Shown piece after piece: positions 15,023 to 27,399 of a stretch of DNA of 64,000 nt. Each line of letters starts with the position of its first letter. The first letter of the stretch is position 1. The notes beneath the pieces are model-generated. The model was not told the DNA's origin and made no database searches. It was given only the letters and a program-made list of their open reading frames with translations. Source of the DNA: Raillietiella orientalis (lineage: Eukaryota); NCBI GenBank assembly GCA_036172245.1, contig JAYWIR010000015.1, positions 558,001 to 622,000 on the forward strand, written 5' to 3'. The position numbers were made by a program, and so were the translations under genes.

Positions 15023-15470
15023 ATAGTTGAATTTGGTTATGTTAGTAGGAGAAGTATGTTTAGTAATAGATTATTGGGTCGCGTAGTTTGGAGATATCAT
15101 AAGATTTTCAATTAATTTTTATATTTTTAATTAAAGAATAATATATTATATATTAATAATAAATGATCGTCATAAAAAACATTTGGGGTTTAGTATAAAT
15201 CAAAGAATGTTTCAAGATTTTTTATAAATAGCATAATTAAAATCAGGAATAGAATCAATATAAATACGTAATGAATAAATAATGTATTTAAATATTTTTA
15301 TGCTGCACAATAATGTTAAAATTATGTAAATTCATGCTAAGATATATTTATATTAATTAATTAAATAACATTAAAAACTATAAAACACAAAATATTTTAA
15401 CTCCAAATTATTTTAGAATGAATTAAAATAAATAAACCTTCATTACTACATAAAAATAACTAACTTCATC
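15023..15470 (-). other. Extremely AT-rich block, possible mitochondrial insertion (NUMT)
   Basis: Abrupt rise in AT content. In the invertebrate mitochondrial code the minus strand gives short hydrophobic stretches (SWNILWFMLNPKCFLWRSF; LWYLQTTRPNNLLLNMLLLLT*) reminiscent of an ND-subunit C-terminus. Confidence 0.3.
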
Positions 15471-18400
15471 CCTTTTTGGGGGGGGGGGGAGCTCTTTTTT
15501 TCTTTTGGCCTCCAGTAAAGTCGAATCAATGCAAGTGACTGCTATAAATTTTTACATTTCAGCAACCGGAAATCTCCAGAAAGACATCATTTATAGAAAA
15601 GATGCAAAAAACCCACAGTTCCACAAGCCTTTGCAAATGATTCCCATGGCAATCGGTTTCAAAGCTAGGAGATGCGTCACTCAAAACAGCGTAACAGGAA
15701 TGCCCACAAGTTTGCATCCCGGTAATTACGAGAGCTCTGATTGCAAATTCACCGGCTGATTGACCGATTTTCAAAGCAGCTCCGTGAAAGACTTTCGATA
15801 TGAAAAACAAGCAGATAAGAGGAACCCTTCCTTCCGTACAAACTCGGTTGTGCAGTCTGGTGGTACACGAAGACTTTTCAAACGAAACCCTCAGTCTGAT
15901 ATCGAAAAAGAAGAAGACATGATTTCAAATGCACATCACGCGTTCATTTTCTGCTTGGGGCATTCCTTCTCTTTTGTTCACGTTCCAATCGCTCCTACTG
16001 AGACAAAGACCCCAGAAAAGACAAGCTGACGGTAGGTGACTTCCGATCAGAGACCCACGTTCACAAAAGCTCCCTCGTGGAAAGCCGTCGGAGGAAACGA
16101 AGCGACGTGGTTGCGGTTTGGTGGCTGACTGTGGTCCTCGTCTCCGCCACGATAAGATGCGGGACATTATTATGCCACATTTTTTTTTGTTTAGATTGCT
16201 TATTTTACATACAATGCACGCGATGAAAGGCGTCCCCCTCCCTCCCAATACTGGAAAGCTCTCTTTTGATTTTTCAACCTTTATTTATTCCTATGCACTC
16301 GTGTGCTTAGAATACTTTATGTTTGGCATACATTATTTTCTTCCAAAGCATTTTCAGCTTTGACGTATTTTCTGCTCCATTCCAGTTCTGTATCACAGCA
16401 ACAGGTTGTCTAACGCTTACGGTGAATCCGAAAAAACAACTGGAAGAGAAATTTTGTACTGCCAGCATCACTTGTTCCTTTCAGCACCATTTCACCATGG
16501 ATCTGTCACAACCAGCATTGCGCTACTTGGAATTGCATATATCAATCACCCTATGGGGAAATCCACATAAAATTACAAGTGCTGCTCAGATCATGGAATC
16601 CAGTTAATTCTTCACACTCATAAGTAATAACCCGATGCTCAATCTGCTTGCATTACATTTTGACTTTAGACGGAGGTTTCACTATTTCTGACAGCCAGCT
16701 ACTTACCTTTTTGACTTTTGCATCATACCTTTGGGGTGCTTCATTTTATTTATCAATTTTTTTTTTTTGGAGGCGGGGGGGGGGGGGGACTCTATAGGTT
16801 CCCTTAGATGCCTTCATCTAATTGTTTATCATTGCACATGAGAAATTTCCAGTGTCCACCATATGCATATTCTCCGACGCTTAGATATTCGTTTTCCACT
16901 TGACGGTTGTTTCGCGCCAGGAATAGTTTACTTTAATTCAAGTTCAGTTAAATTTCCGATTCCTATAGTTTCATTAGGAATTTTTATTAGTAAATATTAT
17001 TCGAAGCCTTGCTTTTCCGAATGACTTGGATACGAGCATTTTATGTTGCTGCGACCTACTGCAATCAGGTTGAGGCTGGTATTTCTGCTTGTGCTAAACT
17101 ACTTTCGGTTCACACGGAACTGCCCTATTGAAGGAAGACCGATGTATCCGTTCTTTTCACTGATGTTTCGTTATCATACAAGGAAAAAAAAAAAAAAAAG
17201 GTACTGGATCCGGGAAGAGCAACACTTTCAAATTCAACATCTTACGCGATTATCCCTTGAGACACTAAGGGGCTGTGCACTCTTCAGGCTTTTCAGCAAT
17301 CTGAATCGGCGTCCCCGCAATATTTGGAATTTCTTAAAATGCATTGAATCGGGCGATCGCAGTGTTTCCAAATGTGCGTCCGAATTTCCAGGGCTGTGTG
17401 TGTTTTACGACATCCATTTTTTCCTTTTGCGAGCTGTGTCGAGATCTTTTCCTCCCGATCTTCGGCTACTCGGTGCGTGGTTTCGAACGAGAATTCAGTT
17501 CACTTCACGAACAACCCAAATGCGATCCATTCAATGTTTTTATGCAAATCTCTTCTATTTACACAAAAAGGGCAGAGATAAACAACTGGGAATGACGCAT
17601 TAACACACAAAAAAAATACATCAAAGTAGCGTTGCGTGTTTGTTTGTTTTCAATTGCGAGCACAGATAGTTAGTTGGTTATGTCACAACGAGTCTGAGAA
17701 AAATGAAAAGAGAAAATGTTAAACTCAGATACCCACCCCAAGTGCTGAAGAGAGACACTGAAGTCCAATACTGCAGGCGGATTTGTATAGTGCAATGGAA
17801 AATGGCGAGTCATAGTATAATGCGGTGAATCAGCCCTGTACAACTCTGTGTATCGATTTTTTAATTTTCTACTATACTGTCAATTCAGTTGTTTTTTTCT
17901 TTAAAAAAAAAAAAAAAACATGGAAACGCATCATCTGAGTAGGTCGAGTTCTGTAGCATTCAAATGTGATAAAATAGCCGAGTAACGAAAACCAAATAGT
18001 ACTTTTCTGCAAAGAAAGTGATAGCGCCAAAGCTTTAAAATTGCTTAGATTCGTTAGATAACAAAAACAAGTTTTTTCTTTTTTTTACTTGAATAAATAC
18101 TTCTAATTTCTTTTGTATTTTAAAGTGAAAGAAGCATTTACATATTCCATGTTATAACGTGCAAGATAAATTTTAAGATACATCTATACATTTTAAGATG
18201 CGTGTATAATTCATAGGGTTCGTACAAGGCGGAACGTGTCCCTTGCGTTATATAGGCACCACCTACTCCTCAAAGGACGGGAAACCATGCAGGAGCAAGC
18301 AGAGTACAAAGGGAAACCTATGCGACAACCTCAAGGCCATCCAGACCTTCTACATTAAATACCCCCAAAGAATGGAATCAACTCTCAAAGGGATGTGAAC

Positions 18401-20499
18401 CAGCTGCTGCCGAATGCAGGGAGCACGCCTGAGTAACTATTTGATTTAGCAGTCAAAAAAAATACTTTGGAAGCAGTGGTTGCCTTAATGACAACACGAA
18501 ATAAATGCTGCAATATATTTGGACGAGGAAAGGAAAGGAAAAGTTGCGTAGCATAATGTATCTCAAGAGTCCATATAGTAATTAGATTGTAATCTATGCA
18601 AGATACAAGAAAAATCAAACGATAGAGTGAATACTGTAGCAATTCAAAATTATTATGGTATTTACTCTATGTGTGTGTGTGTGTTTCTTTTTTCAAGATA
18701 TGAGTTTAAATCGCCTCATTTTCGAGTGCTCCTAGAATGTAATTACAGGGTAACAACGGTTGAAAACGCACCCATGTTTTTGAAAACACAAGGCAGTTGA
18801 ATTCTTTTCCAATACCACGTGTCTTCCCTACGCATTGCTGAAATTCAAATGTCCAATAATGGTCCAATAATCAACGAAGAAAACGAATCTTTTAAAAGTT
18901 AAAAAAAAAAAAAAAAATTTCTTTTTTTAATCTTTTCAAAGAAACGAATTTTCAGACGTGCATATGCTTTATTATCGTGAAATCAGCCATCAGATTTTCA
19001 ACATCGGTATTACTGCATTTGATTTCCGCCATTGAATTTGCACCAAGAAGACAAATGTAAATAGTTGTGAATCCAAGCATTTATGAGCTCCAACAAAGTT
19101 ATACCGTTAAATCTAAATCTAAATCACCGGACAGGTACCGTCTTTTTTAAAGAAAGATCTCTGCAATGTTCAAAACCATAGAAAGCACTGTTTTCATTTC
19201 TTTTTCCGAATTAAGAATGTACGTTACCGAAAGAATTCAACAATTTAAACGATCCAATCAAATGTAACACGGGAAAGATTCAGAAGTCTGGCAACAGATT
19301 AGTTAATTTCAATCGTGGGCTTGCCGTTCGACTAATTTCCGGAACTCCGGCGAAATTGCGATCGGACGAAAGATGTTTTCCACATTTCGTCCGGGGAACA
19401 CACGGAGGGAAAAAGGCAAAAAAAACACGTCGGTCGAGAAGTGGAGTGAAATCTCGTGGTGCGAGGAAACTCGAATCCCGTAGGATGGAAACCGACGCAT
19501 GCAGGTTCTCTGGATGACTTCCACCTAAATGTTCCCAATCATCGCTTTCTTCTTGCTAATTACTCTCGTCCATATTACTTCTTCCTTTGCGTGCCATAAA
19601 TACCAACTTGGCAGTAGACGCAATCATTCATGTGCTCATTATGTAAAGTTAATTAACGTCACCTTTCCCAAATTCATTTTTTTTTTTTTAAAAAAAAATT
19701 CATCCATTCCATAGAGGCCCATTTGAACTAGTCATTTTTTTTTCTTCCAAATGACTTATGCCGTACCTAGGATCTTCCTGTGGAGGGTTGGTCCATGGTG
19801 CCAAACCAGTATTTACTTTATAAATGCAATACTTGTAAATCCGATGGTGGTGGCAACTGCGCCTCGCAGACAAAAAAAGGAAAAAAAAAAATCGGGAAAC
19901 GCGCTATGTACAGAAGTTACGAAATATCTGCCTCGGTGTCGACCAATCTCACGATCGTTCGATTCCCATCCACGGATGCAGCCAGAACAAGCTGGAACGG
20001 CAAATCCACGCATCGCCCCGATTCGATCTCGACCTGGGATCATTTCGGTTCCCGTAGCTTTTTCCTCCTCCGCTTTCCGACTCGGCCCATCTCGTCCGGG
20101 ACCATCGCAGCATCTTCTCCGCAGACTCGACAGGTAAACACGGGAAGGGTACGTGTGTTCACCGAGCATGCCCCTGCATGAGCACACACATACATTTTTC
20201 GAATTCCCGAACCCGATCTGCTAGGAAGAAGCCTGGCTGCTCTTCGCGGGAAAGGACAGGATGCAACGGTGCCATGGGAACCACACACATGCGATCCCGT
20301 CGGAGCAGGTGAACGCTCCTTACCAAGGCATCGAAGAAAAACACAAACTGCAAGGCTTCTGCACAAACCTCCATGTGTCTCACATTCTCATCCACGCTAC
20401 GTGATGGGACACATTTACAACAGGGAGAACACGGACTGTAACGGCAGTAAAGGGATATACGTAGCAATCAATGCTGACAGTCACCTCATAAAGTACAGC

Positions 20500-20544
<45 letters not shown>

Positions 20545-21018
20545 CAAAAAAATTCAGCACACAGAACTGAATCTACTCCTATAATCTAGTAGCTAGAAAA
20601 TCACGAATGCACAACAGTAAATTATGTCGAAATGAAATATATTTCAAAGAAAATACAGAAAACATCCGTCTCAAATGATTGAGAACTTAATTATATCAGC
20701 ATACACTGAAGATGAAACAGATCAGAACTTCGTTCAATGTATTATAGGTACATTTGTAAATAATACACCAATCCCAGGTCTCAAAAGCAATCATTACGTG
20801 CACCAACCGTTTCCGATATTCAATTCAGTTTTTTTTTTTTTTTTCAGATATTCAGTTTTTCCTTTACCATATGCTGTCTGCTACAAAATGGTGAAAGCAA
20901 TGAGTAAAAAGTACGATTTAAACAAGAACAAGATCTATTTAGATTCTCTCAATGAAGAAACTGCAAACTGCAACAATAATACTGGGCACAAATATTTCTT
21001 TTCGAAGGTTTTTCTCAT

Positions 21019-21378
21019 TCAGCATTTAAATGCAAAACAATAATTCGAGTCTTTATCAAAGTCAGAATCCATACTTTTTAAACGTCGAACAGCTTCTTTT
21101 ATTAAGTTTCCATTTTGTATTAAGTGTTGCAAAACTTTATATGGATCATTCTCATTGTTACCTAAATCAGAAGGACATTTACTTTTTTCTTCAGAGATAT
21201 CACACACATAATCACTTGGTTTTGTATAAGGGCACATTCTTTGTTTATGGTGACTTGTAGATTTGGATTTCAAACTAAAGTTTTCTCTAATTTGGTTCAC
21301 TAAATTATCGACTTCGGAATACGAAAAATTATGTTCCATATCTTCACTAACACCTTTGGTTTCTACTTTCCCAGGCAT
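21019..21378 (-). CDS. FRAT: FRAT/GBP-like GSK-3-binding protein, single exon, 119 aa
   Basis: DPYKVLQHLIQNGNLIKEAVRRL matches the FRAT GSK-3-binding motif (DPH.LLQQL...GNLIKEAVRRL). N-terminal EVDNLVNQI.E matches the conserved EVD.LV.QI.E block. Confidence 0.9.
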   Translation of the reverse strand: MPGKVETKGVSEDMEHNFSYSEVDNLVNQIRENFSLKSKSTSHHKQRMCPYTKPSDYVCDISEEKSKCPSDLGNNENDPYKVLQHLIQNGNLIKEAVRRLKSMDSDFDKDSNYCFAFKC

Positions 21379-21991
21379 GTGTGCAAATTTGGAAAAAAAA
21401 ACGCTCTATCTATGCAATATCACTATCAATTTAGAATCACGCTCTATCTACATCACCTCACCACGCGCTTCGCCCCAATCTAAACATTGATTGTTTACAT
21501 TTGTGCGAGTTACCTCGTTGCTGCGGTTTCAAGTAGTTCCAGGTGAAGTGCTCATATTGTTTGAAGTGGATACCGCAAGTTTGGATTATTATCTGTAGAT
21601 CGCGAGCTTCATTTTGTTCATCGAGTATTTCCTAAAAACGGTTCCATCCTGTATTTTTCCCTTTTTTTGAAGAAAAATAATAACGAAATACTTTTTTGTA
21701 AGGCTAGTGACGTAATTTCATTCATCGTAAGAAGCGCCAAACGTACACTGTAGTTTGTCGAACTCACGAATCCATTTGTGTTGCTTTGCAAGTGATCCTG
21801 TGGTTAACCTTGCAAGACTTCTTAGACACAGTTATTTTTAATACATCCTACTGTTTGTCGAGTTCGGTTACTATTATTTCGTCGTTCTGATTTTCAAAAG
21901 TAAAAAAACAAAAAAAAAAATAATCAAGAAATGAATCCATAACTCTGTTCCAAGTTGAACTGATCGCGTTGAAGAAAACGTAAATAAAAAA

Positions 21992-24055
21992 ATGGCCGAA
22001 TATATTGAACATCCTGACGATATTAAACCCGATAGACCTTACACACAACACAACATGGTAATGGCATTCCGAAAGTTAACAAATGAAAAACGAACGGGAT
22101 CACTCAGTTTTGAAAAATCATTAAGCAGACAGCGGACTTACAATCGTCCACTAAGCGGTACGAGCACCAAGCACAAGTGACAAATGTAACTTGCAAGCTT
22201 GTGCGTTTTAGGAACTGCTTCAAGGTTAGCCACACAGGCTCAGCAGTCAATTAATCGAGTTGGTTCAAGCATCAGTCTACACACAAAGGTTGTACCTAGC
22301 AGTCTAAGTAGCATAGGTTTAGCTTATCTCGACATAGCATATTTTTTTTTTTAGATAAACGTGATTGATCGTCCTTTGACACAACATGGAGTTGCAGGTA
22401 TCAAGATGCCACACACTGGTACACAAAGACAGATACAAGATAAAAGCTATTTTGTAAGGTTGCTGCAAAGTAGCATTTCACAAATCAAACAGGAGACTCA
22501 CAAGCTTCAAGAAGAATTGCTTAGTTATCAACAAGAATGTTTGGGCTGGCCAACTATTAAAAATCAAGTGAGAAAGCAGGCTGTTGAGATTACCGGTCAG
22601 TTAAACCCATAAGTCTTGCATGATGTGATTTGCAGATTTACATGACCAATTGGGGGAGCAAAATTTGTTGGCCAATGTAATCAGCCTTCACATGAGTTCA
22701 GAGCAGTTATTGGCAAACTTACAGCATACAGAAAAAGAATGCAACACAAGTGAAAAGCTAGCAGAAGGGTTGTTAGAACAACAGCAACAGCAAATCATGC
22801 AGATCAAGCAAGCAGAGACTGAAATTATGAAAGTAAGCTAGGAATGCTCAGCTAATTATGAGCATGCACATAAATATATGACATGCTAGTTGCAAAAGCT
22901 GTCTGAACAACTAGTAAATCAACTGCCTGAGGAAGCCCAGGTACATTATCATGATTTACAGAAAATTCAGCAGGAAGCCAACAACAGAATGGAACAGTTA
23001 CAAGAACATTTAGATCAACTTCAGAAGCAAGAAGATGCTCTTTATCAAGAAGTAGTTCTTTCAGATATCAAACAACAAATGCTACCTCTGAAAGAAGACA
23101 TTTTACAGCAGAAAGAACACAAACAATCTTTAGAAAAAGAGCTGAGTAATGAGTGCTCTCCTGCAGTTGAAAAAAGTAAATTGGAGCAACAAATCAAGCA
23201 GCACCGCATGGAGATTGATATCATGGAAAAGAGCATTCAGCAGATACAGCAAAACATCCAGCAGTTTCGGCAGAAACTTCCCTCTTGTCAGAGCATCACC
23301 CATGGGAGTACATCACCAATATCAGAAGAATTATCTCAGCAGCAACAGTTGGCTGGAATGGTATCTGATGTACAACAAAACAAGTCAGCAATGTAATCCT
23401 ACTGGTGCTCTCCTAATACAGTAATACAGAAAAGCTTGTCAGCAGAAAGTTGTGGGACATCTGCAAGAATACAATCAAGAACAAGCGACCAGTGATGAAC
23501 TTCAGTCCATGCAGAAAGAGTTGCAGGCTGCAGTCTTCAATTTGACACAACTTGAAGGACAACTAAGAGAAGAACGACTTGATCTCAAGAAACAGCTGTT
23601 GTCTGTTCAACAGGGTGCTCAAGTTCCAATGACTTTTTTGGTAAGCACAGACTTCTGATTACTGGCCAGCTAACAGTGCCTAACAGGAAGTGAGAGGAAA
23701 CAATGGATTTGAACAGGAAAATGCTTGCAGGGCCCAAGTCTGGTCTTTGCAACAGGATGTAACACAACTTCAAGAAGAAAAATTGTCTTTAGAAGTATGA
23801 GACGATTTCAATATGGAATTGCACTCAAAATTTCTCTTTCAGCACCAGTTGGAGGACAATGAGTCGCATTTGCAGTTGCAACAGTTGGAGCTTCGGTGGA
23901 GCCGATTAGAACAGGAGAGATTTGCATTAGAAGAGCAGATTGCACAACAACAAGCGGAAACCAAATACCAATCAGTTCGCAGTGAAGCACTTAATTTACT
24001 TCACTTATATAATGCACAGTTGCAGGAAGCATTAGCCCAAGGGGTTCTCATGTAA
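21992..24055 (+). CDS. IFT74: Intraflagellar transport protein 74; exons approx. 21992-22157, 22212-22288, 22355-22595, 22636-22832, 22890-~23383, ~23430-23640, 23687-23794, 23843-24055
   Basis: RPLSGTASRL and DRPLTQHGVAGIK...QRQIQDKSYF match the IFT74 N-terminus, followed by a long coiled coil and C-terminal QLEDNESHLQLQQLELRW...Y...A..L...YN..L. AATAAA at ~24097. Intron 5 boundaries are ambiguous. Confidence 0.88.
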
Positions 24056-25960
24056 TTTCCTCCAAGAAAAACTTCATCCATAAAATTTATTTAGTGAATA
24101 AAAGCAGCATGGCTCAGATTTCTGATACTTATTTTGCAAAACATGAATTGCACTTGTTCCTGCTTCACCAGTGGATGTGTTGGACCATTTCATTTAATGA
24201 CTGAATGGATCTATACTATTTACTTTATATGGTATTATGTTAGGGAACTTTTTCATGATTAGCACAATGTCAGGTAGTACTGAATATTATGTGTCTGTGC
24301 CAAGTGACAGAAAATCAAACAGCTCAATCAAGATATTACTTTCAGCAGTTATAGTTTCCACAGCATCATTTCATTTATCACAAAGTTGGTAATAAGTAGC
24401 ATTATCCACGAATGTTAAGTAATTTTAAAGTTGCTCATGCAGTTATGCTGCAACTGGGAGCATCTTAATCTTCAAGTTCAAATGTAATGCATAAGCATCT
24501 ATCAAGGACTGCATTTTTGTCAAAAAAGTTTCCAGACTAGGATCACAATACTTGTGTCAACACAACTTCAGATACTGAGTTATATTCTTGGACTTAACAC
24601 GATGATTCCGTTGATTAACAAACCACAGAGAAGGACACTGATAAAATGCATAATATAGAAAGATGTAATAATCACAAAGTAGACTTCGAAAAGTAAAAAG
24701 CTTCTAGAATATGAAAAGGGTACCATAAATTTGTTACAAGTGATTGTTCAAAGTTGTAATTCATTTGTGCTCCAAGATCAACCAGCAGTCTTTTCTTACA
24801 GTTATAGCTTCCATAGCATCATTTCAGTTATCATCAAAAATATCAATCTATAACTTAATACGCATTAGGAATATGAAAAATTTGGTCTAGAAAATTAGCT
24901 TTCGCAAAAATTCATAGTTGTACAAAAAAACATCTAATATGCATTGAGCTACATAAAATCCAGGTTGTAACTGAATCTGCAAATTATTGGATGCTCAAGA
25001 TGTTTCCAACATAATTTTTAATTAATGTTCCATGCTTTCTTGAACTTCATGTCTGATTACTTACAATCATCAAAGTGCCTTTCACTGTGGTAACTGCTAT
25101 TGAGATGCATGAAGACAGAAAGAACAAGGGAGAATAATTTCTTATCTTGCTGGATATACTTACAAATTATTACAAAATGCAAAATAAAAGGAGCTGATAT
25201 GCTCATTAAAAGGCATGTATTTTCAGTAAGAACCAACTTCACTGGAGTTTTTGCATTTGGTATTGAAAAACAATGAACAAATAAGGAAATGTAATCTTTT
25301 TGTAATAATATTCTCATTTGTTACCATCAACTTTGCTTTGTGCTGCTCTGCTTGGTTTCTATTTTCTTTTCCAATATTGCATGTGACAAATTAGGGAAAA
25401 AAGCTGCAGGTTGGAACAGTAATTCGTCTAAATTAATTTAATTCTAAAGTAGCCTCAAACTGATGAATGAAGAGCAACACACTAAATCAGAATAATTTTG
25501 CATGTACTATGATGGAAATTATTTTTTAAAAAAAATATTGCAAATGTTAAAGAGCAAATTCCTTACAAGATAATTTATAAAAAAAATTCTGGAGAACAAT
25601 TCCTAATCCCGAATTAATTATTGTTACTGATTAATTACTGTTAAATGATAGACTGCATAATATGAAAGAAATGCATTCTCATGAACAAAATTTCAACATG
25701 TACATCACCTGAAACAAAAACCTGCAATGTATGCTTCAAAATGCATGCATAAATTAAAGCACAGAAGATATTGAATATAAATAATTGATATTGATAATTG
25801 AAGCACAGTTGCTAAAAAGAACTGTGACTTTTATACATAATCCTCATTTTATTCATTATGCATAAAACCTTCCCTTTGAAACCCAAGAATTTTTTGGCAA
25901 GATTGTAAGACTTCATAAAACAATAATAGGCACCAAGAAAACAATGAATGGGATAACACT

Positions 25961-26536
25961 TCAAATATTAGCATTTAACAAATTATTTATTCGATTTACT
26001 ACCACTGAAACATCATTATCGCTCAAGGAATTAGTTACAGTCACATCCCAAGAAACAAAGTCATCTAGATCACATTCTGATTGAGAATTATCGATCTCCT
26101 CATGATATATCCATCCCCTCTGTCGTCTAGATTGTTCATCTGCAGTTATCCGTATCTTTAACTGCTTTGTATCTGAATAATTTTTTTCAAACCATGCAAT
26201 ATCAGACTTCCTCCTAATGTCGCTTATGATCCAAATATTTTTATACAAATCGTCACAATTTTCAATTGCCAAACTACAAAAGTATCCGGGGTTTTCTTTC
26301 CTGATTTCATCACTCCATTTTATCATATCTTTTCTATATTTTTCTTTGTAATCCGCATCACCAAGTAACAAGGAATAATCCAAACTATATAACTGTGACC
26401 AATACTGCTTGATTGGAGCAGAAATGTGTATAACAGTAGTATTTTTCAGTTCATTTACGAGACAATTAGCAAAGAAATCTTTTCCACACTTTCGTTTACC
26501 GCTAATCAACACGATTGCTTTCGGCTTTTGAGGCAT
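25961..26536 (-). CDS. PMVK: Phosphomevalonate kinase (animal type), intronless; likely start at MPQKPK (in-frame upstream ATGs extend to 26617)
   Basis: P-loop ISGKRKCGKDF, ISAPIK..W, YKEKYRKDMIKW, PGYFC, WIISDIRRKSDI.WF, RRQRGW, SECDLD. Confidence 0.96.
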   Translation of the reverse strand: MPQKPKAIVLISGKRKCGKDFFANCLVNELKNTTVIHISAPIKQYWSQLYSLDYSLLLGDADYKEKYRKDMIKWSDEIRKENPGYFCSLAIENCDDLYKNIWIISDIRRKSDIAWFEKNYSDTKQLKIRITADEQSRRQRGWIYHEEIDNSQSECDLDDFVSWDVTVTNSLSDNDVSVVVNRINNLLNANI

Positions 26537-26686
26537 CTTTCCAGTAGCAACGCTACATGCATCCATAACTTGCAAGTTGCACATATGACGTTGTAAAACG
26601 TGCGTGTACCACACCATCGTTCATTATTATCAATAATAAATACTATATGTCGAACATTCCTGACTGATATATTATTTCAGTCGTGA

Positions 26687-26731
26687 TTAACAAGGAAGTT
26701 TTACTTAATTAACAAGGAAGTGTTACTTAAT
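26687..26731. repeat. Tandem duplication of ~22 bp upstream of PMVK
   Basis: ttaacaaggaagttttacttaa / ttaacaaggaagtgttacttaa. Confidence 0.85.
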
Positions 26732-27399
26732 CTTTTGAAAAATAAAAGGAATTAATGAAACCTTTGAGGGTAAAATATTATATCAGCCATCACTTAGATC
26801 AAAATAGCTGATCGACAAATTGCTCCTAAAGATCTACTGTCGCATCTTGAAAACTAATTGCAATGAAAAAACATTTATGGAAACAGAGCTATGGTAGACG
26901 GGTAGCAAGCGAGTATTAACTACGGCCGATCAGATTTTGAAACCATTGTGCAGCAAACTTCTTTCGTTCGAATTCTATGAAAGCAAAGCGTTTGCAATTA
27001 AAGACTTCAAACGCTTTGCTTATTATAATAATTACAGTTATCGTGAATTCAGTTTTACTTTAGACCGCTGCAGATTCCAGAACATGCAACAACTATAATA
27101 ACAGGCATGCATAAGGTCTTACCTTGATTTTAATCACTTTTAATGCTACATTGTCACCTCAGATCATCCTTTCATTGCGTTTCACTATTCAATTTGTTTT
27201 CAAGTTCATTATGCATGTCCTTTTTGATCGAAGAGCTGTTACGATTAATGTTGATTTCTGTCCATTTTTAATGACCGTGAGAGGAAAAACAAAGGCAGTT
27301 ATACATTTTTGATCTGAATCATATTCTTTTATAATTCACCGGTGTGCAATTTTATAACTAAATCACAATAGATTTTGACTAGGAAGGTTTCTTATAAAT

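Noticed and set aside
18230..18450. tRNA-like B-box GGTTCACATCCC on the minus strand
   Set aside because: No cloverleaf or clear A-box; at most an old SINE.
24147..24168. miR-92-like sequence AATTGCACTTGTTCCTGCTT
   Set aside because: Three mismatches to miR-92 and no pairing 5' arm to form a pre-miRNA hairpin.
24900..25450. Possible pogo/Tigger transposase fossil (RRITVPTCS, minus strand)
   Set aside because: Too degenerate; no TIRs found.
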